Shown in pieces: positions 59,180-64,000 of a stretch of 64,000 bases of DNA; positions within the stretch are counted from its first letter, which is position 1; each line of letters begins with the position of its first letter. The notes beneath the pieces are model-generated. The model was not told the DNA's origin. It worked only from the letters and a program-made list of their open reading frames with translations, and ran no database searches. A program made the translations under genes and the position numbers. The stretch comes from Candidatus Eiseniibacteriota bacterium. GTDB taxonomy: Bacteria > Eisenbacteria > RBG-16-71-46 > CAZEPH01. The stretch covers positions 1 through 64,000 of the forward strand of contig JBGATO010000004.1 in assembly GCA_044229145.1 (NCBI GenBank). The letters are read 5' to 3'.

Positions 59180-62100
59180 ATGCGATTCGCCGCCCTCCTT
59201 CTCGCCGCCGCGCTCTGCTCGCCGCTGTCCGCGCGAGCCCAGGGCGATCCAATTCCGAGCAACCGCATTCCGGTGACGGGCAGCGCTCACAACTTTGCCA
59301 CCGGCAACCGAGTGTGGACCGCGCTTGGAGACCTCTTCGTCGACCCATTCATCGGCAGCGATGGACACGGCCACACATTCCCCGGGGCCTCGGTGCCGTT
59401 CGGCATGGTGCAACTCTCGCCCGACACGCGATTGGATGGATGGGACGGCTGCAGCGGCTACCACGGCTCCGACGATCGCATTTTCGGTTTCTCGCACACG
59501 CATCTGAGCGGGACCGGCTGCAGCGACTACGGCGATATCCTGTTCTTTCCTTCGCGCGGCACCGTTCAGTGGCGGAGTAGCTACGGTCGCACGCTCGGCG
59601 ATGGGTACGGTTCTCCCGTCAAACCATCGAGAACCCGGCACGCGCGTGCCGGAGCCTACTCGGTGCTTCTCGCGGATACCGGCATCTTGGTCGAACTCAC
59701 CGCGACAGCCCGCACCGGCTGGCAGCGGTACACCTTTCCGCAACCGGACAGCGCATTCGTCTTGCTGGATCTCACGCAGCGCGATCAAGTGCTCGACTCG
59801 CATCTCCGCGTAGTGAACGATACGGAGATCGAAGGCTATCGCGTCTCGCGTGCCTGGGCGACGAACCAGCGGGTATACTTCGTCGCCCGCTTTTCGCGGC
59901 CAGTCGACGTGGTGTTCGCAGTCGGTGACGCAATGCGCGATGGAATGCGCGAAGCTGGCGGTACTTCGGTCAAGGCCGCCATCCGACCGCGCGGCATGCG
60001 GCGCGTCAGCCTCTACGATCCGCCTCTCACGCGCGACGACTCAGACCAGTTGCTGATCAAGGTCGGGATCAGTGCGGTGGACATCGACGGCGCGCGGCGT
60101 AATCTCGACGCCGAAGCCCCTGATTGGGACATCGTGCGCGTTGCAGGCGCCGCCGCTGCTGCCTGGGACAGCACTCTGCGCTGCGTCGATGCCGAAGGCG
60201 GCACCGATGCCCAGCGCACCACCTTCTACACCGCCCTCTACCACACCTTCTTGCAGCCGAACCTCTACACCGACGTCGACGGACGCTACCGCGGACGCGA
60301 CGACTCCGTGCACGTCGCGAACGGCTGGACGCAGTACACCGTCTTCAGCCTCTGGGACACCTTCCGCGCCGCGCATCCGCTCTACGCGCTGCTGCAACCC
60401 GCACGCGACATCGACTTCATCAACACATTCCTCGCGCAGTATGACGAAGGCGGCGCTCTGCCGGTGTGGGAGTTGAGCGCGAACGAAACCAACTGCATGA
60501 TCGGCTATCACGCAGTCCCGGTGATCGCCGACGCGTGGGCGAAAGGTCTACGCGGTTTCGACGGCGAACGCGCGTTGGAGGCGATGATCGCGTCTGCGTC
60601 GGCACACACACGCGGACTCGACGACTATCGCGCGCTCGGCTTCATCCCCGCCGACCGCGAGGCCGAATCAGTGTCGAAAACACTCGAGTACGCCTACGAC
60701 GACTGGTGCATCGCGCGCATGGCCGCGTCACTTGGCCACGCCGACATCGCCGCCAACTACGACCTGCGGGCGCAATCGTGGAAAAACGGCTTCGATCCGC
60801 AGACCGGATTCATGCGCCCCAAACTCGGCGCCCGCTGGAAGACGCCGTTCTCGCCCACCGACGTCGACTTCCATTTCACCGAAGCAAACAGCTGGCAATA
60901 CAGCTTCTTCGTGCCGCAGGACATCGCCGGGCACATCGCGGCACTCGGCGGCAGCGCCGCCTACGCGGCGAAACTCGATTCGCTGTTCGGCTCATCGCCG
61001 ACTACGACGGGACGCAAGCAGGACGACATCTCGGGCCTCATCGGCCAGTACGCGCACGGCAACGAACCGTCGCATCACATGGCGTATCTCTACGACTACT
61101 GCGGACAGCCGTGGAAGACGCAGCGCCTCGTTGCGCAGATCCGCGACTCGCTGTACCGCGCGACGCCCGACGGCCTCATCGGCAACGAAGACTGCGGGCA
61201 GATGAGCGCGTGGTATGTCTTCAGCGCGTTCGGCTTCTATCCCGTCACGCCGGGACAGGACACGTACGCGATGGGCTCGCCGCTCTTCCCGCGCGCCGTG
61301 CTGCGCGTCGGCAATGGCCGCACTTTCACCATCACGCGAACTGGCGACGGCCCATACATTCAATCGGCGCGCCTCAATGGCAAACCGTTCGACCGCTGCT
61401 GGATTCGCCACGGCGAGATCACCGCGGGCGGCACGCTCGCGTTCGCGATGGGACACACGCCGAACACGCATTGGGGTGTGGGCCGCGACGCCGCGCCACC
61501 ATCCACGATCACCGCGCCGTCGATCGTGCCGGCGCCGTTCGTCGCCGCGGGCGACACACCATTCCGCGACAGCACGCGCGTCGTTCTCGGCGATCTCGAT
61601 CCACGCGCCACAATCTACTGGACGACCGACGGCGAACCAACGACCGCGAGCGCGCGCTACACGACGCCAATCACCGTGCGTGACGCGACGACGCTACGCT
61701 TCCGCGCCTACGCTCCCGACGGCACGCACTCCGAGACGCAGTCCGCGGCCTTCCTCGTCCTCGACCCGTCACGCCGCATCGCATTGCAGTCGCATTACAG
61801 TCCACAATATCCGGCGAGCGGACCCGAAGGTCTCATCGACGGCGTGCGCGGCGGCAATGACTTCCGGCTCGGCGCCTGGCAAGGCTACGACGGCACGCAT
61901 CTCGACGCCGTCGTCGACCTCGGCTCCTCGCGCACCATCGCGAGCGTCGCCTGCGGCTTCTTGCAGGACCAGAACTCGTGGATCTTCATGCCGCGCGCAC
62001 TGCGCGTCGACACGTCGCTCGACAGCGTGCAGTGGGAGCCCGGCGGCGCCTCCGTCAACTCAGTCGACGAACACGTGGATGGCGCAATCTTGCAAGACCT

Positions 62101-62233
62101 TGCGGTGCGGTTCGCCGCGCGCCCCACGCGCTACATCCGATTGCACGCCGAATCACCGCTCGACTGTCCTGCGTGGCACAAAGGCCACGGCAACACCTGC
62201 TGGATCTTCGCCGATGAAATCGTCGTGCGGTAG
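59180..62233 (+). CDS. Secreted GH92 alpha-mannosidase with Fn3-like and F5/8-type C-terminal domains
   Basis: VDPFIG..GHGHTFPGA.VPFGMVQLSPDT, FSLWDTFRA, SKTLEYAYDD, TEANSWQY, GNEPSHH, GNEDCGQMSAWY. Confidence 0.95.
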   Translation: MRFAALLLAAALCSPLSARAQGDPIPSNRIPVTGSAHNFATGNRVWTALGDLFVDPFIGSDGHGHTFPGASVPFGMVQLSPDTRLDGWDGCSGYHGSDDRIFGFSHTHLSGTGCSDYGDILFFPSRGTVQWRSSYGRTLGDGYGSPVKPSRTRHARAGAYSVLLADTGILVELTATARTGWQRYTFPQPDSAFVLLDLTQRDQVLDSHLRVVNDTEIEGYRVSRAWATNQRVYFVARFSRPVDVVFAVGDAMRDGMREAGGTSVKAAIRPRGMRRVSLYDPPLTRDDSDQLLIKVGISAVDIDGARRNLDAEAPDWDIVRVAGAAAAAWDSTLRCVDAEGGTDAQRTTFYTALYHTFLQPNLYTDVDGRYRGRDDSVHVANGWTQYTVFSLWDTFRAAHPLYALLQPARDIDFINTFLAQYDEGGALPVWELSANETNCMIGYHAVPVIADAWAKGLRGFDGERALEAMIASASAHTRGLDDYRALGFIPADREAESVSKTLEYAYDDWCIARMAASLGHADIAANYDLRAQSWKNGFDPQTGFMRPKLGARWKTPFSPTDVDFHFTEANSWQYSFFVPQDIAGHIAALGGSAAYAAKLDSLFGSSPTTTGRKQDDISGLIGQYAHGNEPSHHMAYLYDYCGQPWKTQRLVAQIRDSLYRATPDGLIGNEDCGQMSAWYVFSAFGFYPVTPGQDTYAMGSPLFPRAVLRVGNGRTFTITRTGDGPYIQSARLNGKPFDRCWIRHGEITAGGTLAFAMGHTPNTHWGVGRDAAPPSTITAPSIVPAPFVAAGDTPFRDSTRVVLGDLDPRATIYWTTDGEPTTASARYTTPITVRDATTLRFRAYAPDGTHSETQSAAFLVLDPSRRIALQSHYSPQYPASGPEGLIDGVRGGNDFRLGAWQGYDGTHLDAVVDLGSSRTIASVACGFLQDQNSWIFMPRALRVDTSLDSVQWEPGGASVNSVDEHVDGAILQDLAVRFAARPTRYIRLHAESPLDCPAWHKGHGNTCWIFADEIVVR

Positions 62234-62238
62234 CGCGG

Positions 62239-62835
62239 CTACGTCGCGTTGCGCGCCGTCCGCGGGCCGATGTACTGCGAGTGCGTGCTCGGCCGATCGC
62301 ACACCAACAGCACTTCCTGGGTCGGCGCGCCGGTGTGGTAATCCTCGCCATCGGCGCTGTCTGCATAACTGAACCCAAGCCGCTCCGCTACGACCGCCGC
62401 CGCGAGATTGCGATTGTCGACGGTGGCTTCCAGTCTTTCGACGGCGAACTCGAGCCACAACGTCGGCAATACCGCGCGGCACGCCTCGGTGGCAAACCCG
62501 CGGCCCCACAACTCGCGCGCGATCAGCACCGACAGTTCGCAGCTCATGTCTTCGTAGATCGTCGCCTGCACGTAGCCGATCGCCGCATCCGATTCGCGAT
62601 CGCGCACGATCCAATTGAGCCACACTTCATCGCCGGCGTCCGGATAGCCGCGCGACAAACGCTCGTAGCGTTCGGTCAACGTCTCCACCGAACGCGGCGG
62701 ATCGAGCGCGAGGAACTCGTACAACGCCTCGTCCGCCAAGACCGGCGCCATTTCTTCCGCGTGGCGCGGCGTCAACGGCTCGAGCGACAGCCGCGCCGAC
62801 GTCAGCGGCGCGCGGTGCGTGGCATCGAACATCAT
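62239..62835 (-). CDS. RimJ/RimL-type GNAT acetyltransferase
   Basis: RLSLEPL, WLNWIVR, IGYVQAT, WGRGFATEA, N.A...ERLGF; ATGA overlap with arginase. Confidence 0.88.
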   Translation of the reverse strand: MMFDATHRAPLTSARLSLEPLTPRHAEEMAPVLADEALYEFLALDPPRSVETLTERYERLSRGYPDAGDEVWLNWIVRDRESDAAIGYVQATIYEDMSCELSVLIARELWGRGFATEACRAVLPTLWLEFAVERLEATVDNRNLAAAVVAERLGFSYADSADGEDYHTGAPTQEVLLVCDRPSTHSQYIGPRTARNAT

Positions 62836-63743
62836 AGGATCGACTTTCCCAGCGCGGACAGCACGAGTTCGCTGCCCAACTCCGCGGTTTCGTTGCCGCG
62901 ATCGAGAATCGGATTCACTTCGACCACGTCCATCGCGATCAGGCGTCCGGTCTCCGCGACCATCTCCATTGCCAAGTGCGATTCGCGGTAATCGAGCCCG
63001 CCCTTCACCGGCGTGCCGACGCCGGGCGCGATCACCGGATCGATGCCGTCGACATCCAAACTCAGGTGCACACCGCAGGTGCCGTTCAGCACGTACGCCA
63101 ACGCTTCGTCGATCACCTCGCTGATCCCGCGCCGGTCGACGTCGCTCATGGTAAACGCGTGCACACCGGAGGCACGCACGATCTCCTTCTCGCGCTCGTC
63201 GAGTTCGCGGATGCCGACCAGCGCGACGTTCTCCGGCCGCACCTTCGGCACCATGCCGCCGAGCAGCGCGAGTTCGTCGGGTCCGTGCCCCAGGATCGCG
63301 GCCAACGGCATCCCGTGGACGTTGCCACTGGTCGACGACTCGGGCGTGTTCATGTCGGCATGCGCGTCGATCCACAGCACGCCGATGCGCTCGCCACGCT
63401 CGGCACGCGCCGCCGCGACACCACCGATCGAACCGGCCGCCAAGCTGTGATCGCCGCCGAGCGACAGGGCGATGACGTCGTGCATCGCCGCTTCCTTCGT
63501 CAAGTCGAACAGCCGCTGGCAGACCGCAGTGATCTCGCCGATGAATCGCTTCGAGGTGTCGCCTTCGCGCGAGGTTTCCGGCAACGGCACCGGCACATTG
63601 CCGCGATCGCGCACTGCGTACCCCAGCGCTTGGATGCGCTCGGTCAAATGCGTCAGACGAAACGCGCTCGGCCCCATGTCTACCCCACGCCTGCCGGCGC
63701 CGAGGTCGAGCGGCACGCCGATGATGTCGACGGATCGTTTCAT
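62832..63743 (-). CDS. rocF: Arginase
   Basis: GAGRRGVDMGP, GGDHSL, DAHADMNTP..SGNVHGMP, SLDVDGIDP, EVNP. Confidence 0.95.
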   Translation of the reverse strand: MKRSVDIIGVPLDLGAGRRGVDMGPSAFRLTHLTERIQALGYAVRDRGNVPVPLPETSREGDTSKRFIGEITAVCQRLFDLTKEAAMHDVIALSLGGDHSLAAGSIGGVAAARAERGERIGVLWIDAHADMNTPESSTSGNVHGMPLAAILGHGPDELALLGGMVPKVRPENVALVGIRELDEREKEIVRASGVHAFTMSDVDRRGISEVIDEALAYVLNGTCGVHLSLDVDGIDPVIAPGVGTPVKGGLDYRESHLAMEMVAETGRLIAMDVVEVNPILDRGNETAELGSELVLSALGKSIL

Positions 63744-63854
63744 GGGCGACAGTGTAGCCTGCCGCGCGCGCGACGGTGAGGGGAAAACCACGGGACGCCC
63801 CCGGGAGATGGTCTGCCGGCCGCGATGGCACGCAGCGAACCGGCGGAAAGCGAA

Positions 63855-63880
63855 ACGGGCGGCTCCGCTGAGCCGCCCGT
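63855..63880 (-). terminator. Intrinsic terminator
   Basis: ACGGGCGGCTC-N4-GAGCCGCCCGT followed on the minus strand by TTCGCTTT. Confidence 0.7.
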
Positions 63881-63890
63881 CGTGCGCCGC

Positions 63891-64000
63891 CTAGACGGCG
63901 AACAAGTGATCGCGCAGTTCGACGCCGCGCGCCAACTCCGTCACTTTCTGACAGAGAAGCCCACATCCACCGCGAAACGACGGATCGTGAACCGACACCT
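63891..64000 (-). CDS. 3' end of an unidentified CDS entering from the window edge
   Basis: Open frame ...VSVHDPSFRGGCGLLCQKVTELARGVELRDHLFAV* ending just before the terminator. Confidence 0.45.
   Translation of the reverse strand, partial: VSVHDPSFRGGCGLLCQKVTELARGVELRDHLFAV

Overview
High-GC bacterial chromosomal window with about 50 CDSs. I found no rRNA, tRNA, CRISPR array, integrase or transposase. From about 2.85 kb onward the gene style suggests an FCB-related candidate lineage such as Eisenbacteria or Krumholzibacteria (inference): secreted proteins carry FlgD/T9SS-like C-terminal domains or a TWGKIKxLY tail. The first ~2.8 kb (DUF6178, tilS, 5' ftsH) looks myxobacterial and differs in codon use, so there may be a chimeric join inside ftsH. 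Content: tilS-ftsH-folP-cdaA; an SOS/repair cluster (lexA, DUF6504, dinB, DUF72, a 96-aa orphan, MrfA/MrfB-like helicase and exonuclease) with a TGCAC-N4-GTGCA candidate LexA box; hflX; several peptidases; tandem cupredoxin-Ig surface proteins; two small TA-like pairs; a UvrD-nuclease fusion; a DEDDh-WYL fusion; a xylFGH-like transporter with a GH92 mannosidase; and arginase. The most striking item is at 35.4-37.2 kb. There a ribbon-helix-helix antitoxin-like gene and a PIN-nuclease gene, both expanded by long Arg/Glu/Pro-rich disordered regions, overlap in two frames of the same strand for ~1.16 kb, with codon distortions suggesting both frames are under selection. Many genes appear to be leaderless. 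All family calls are by motif recognition only; no searches were run.
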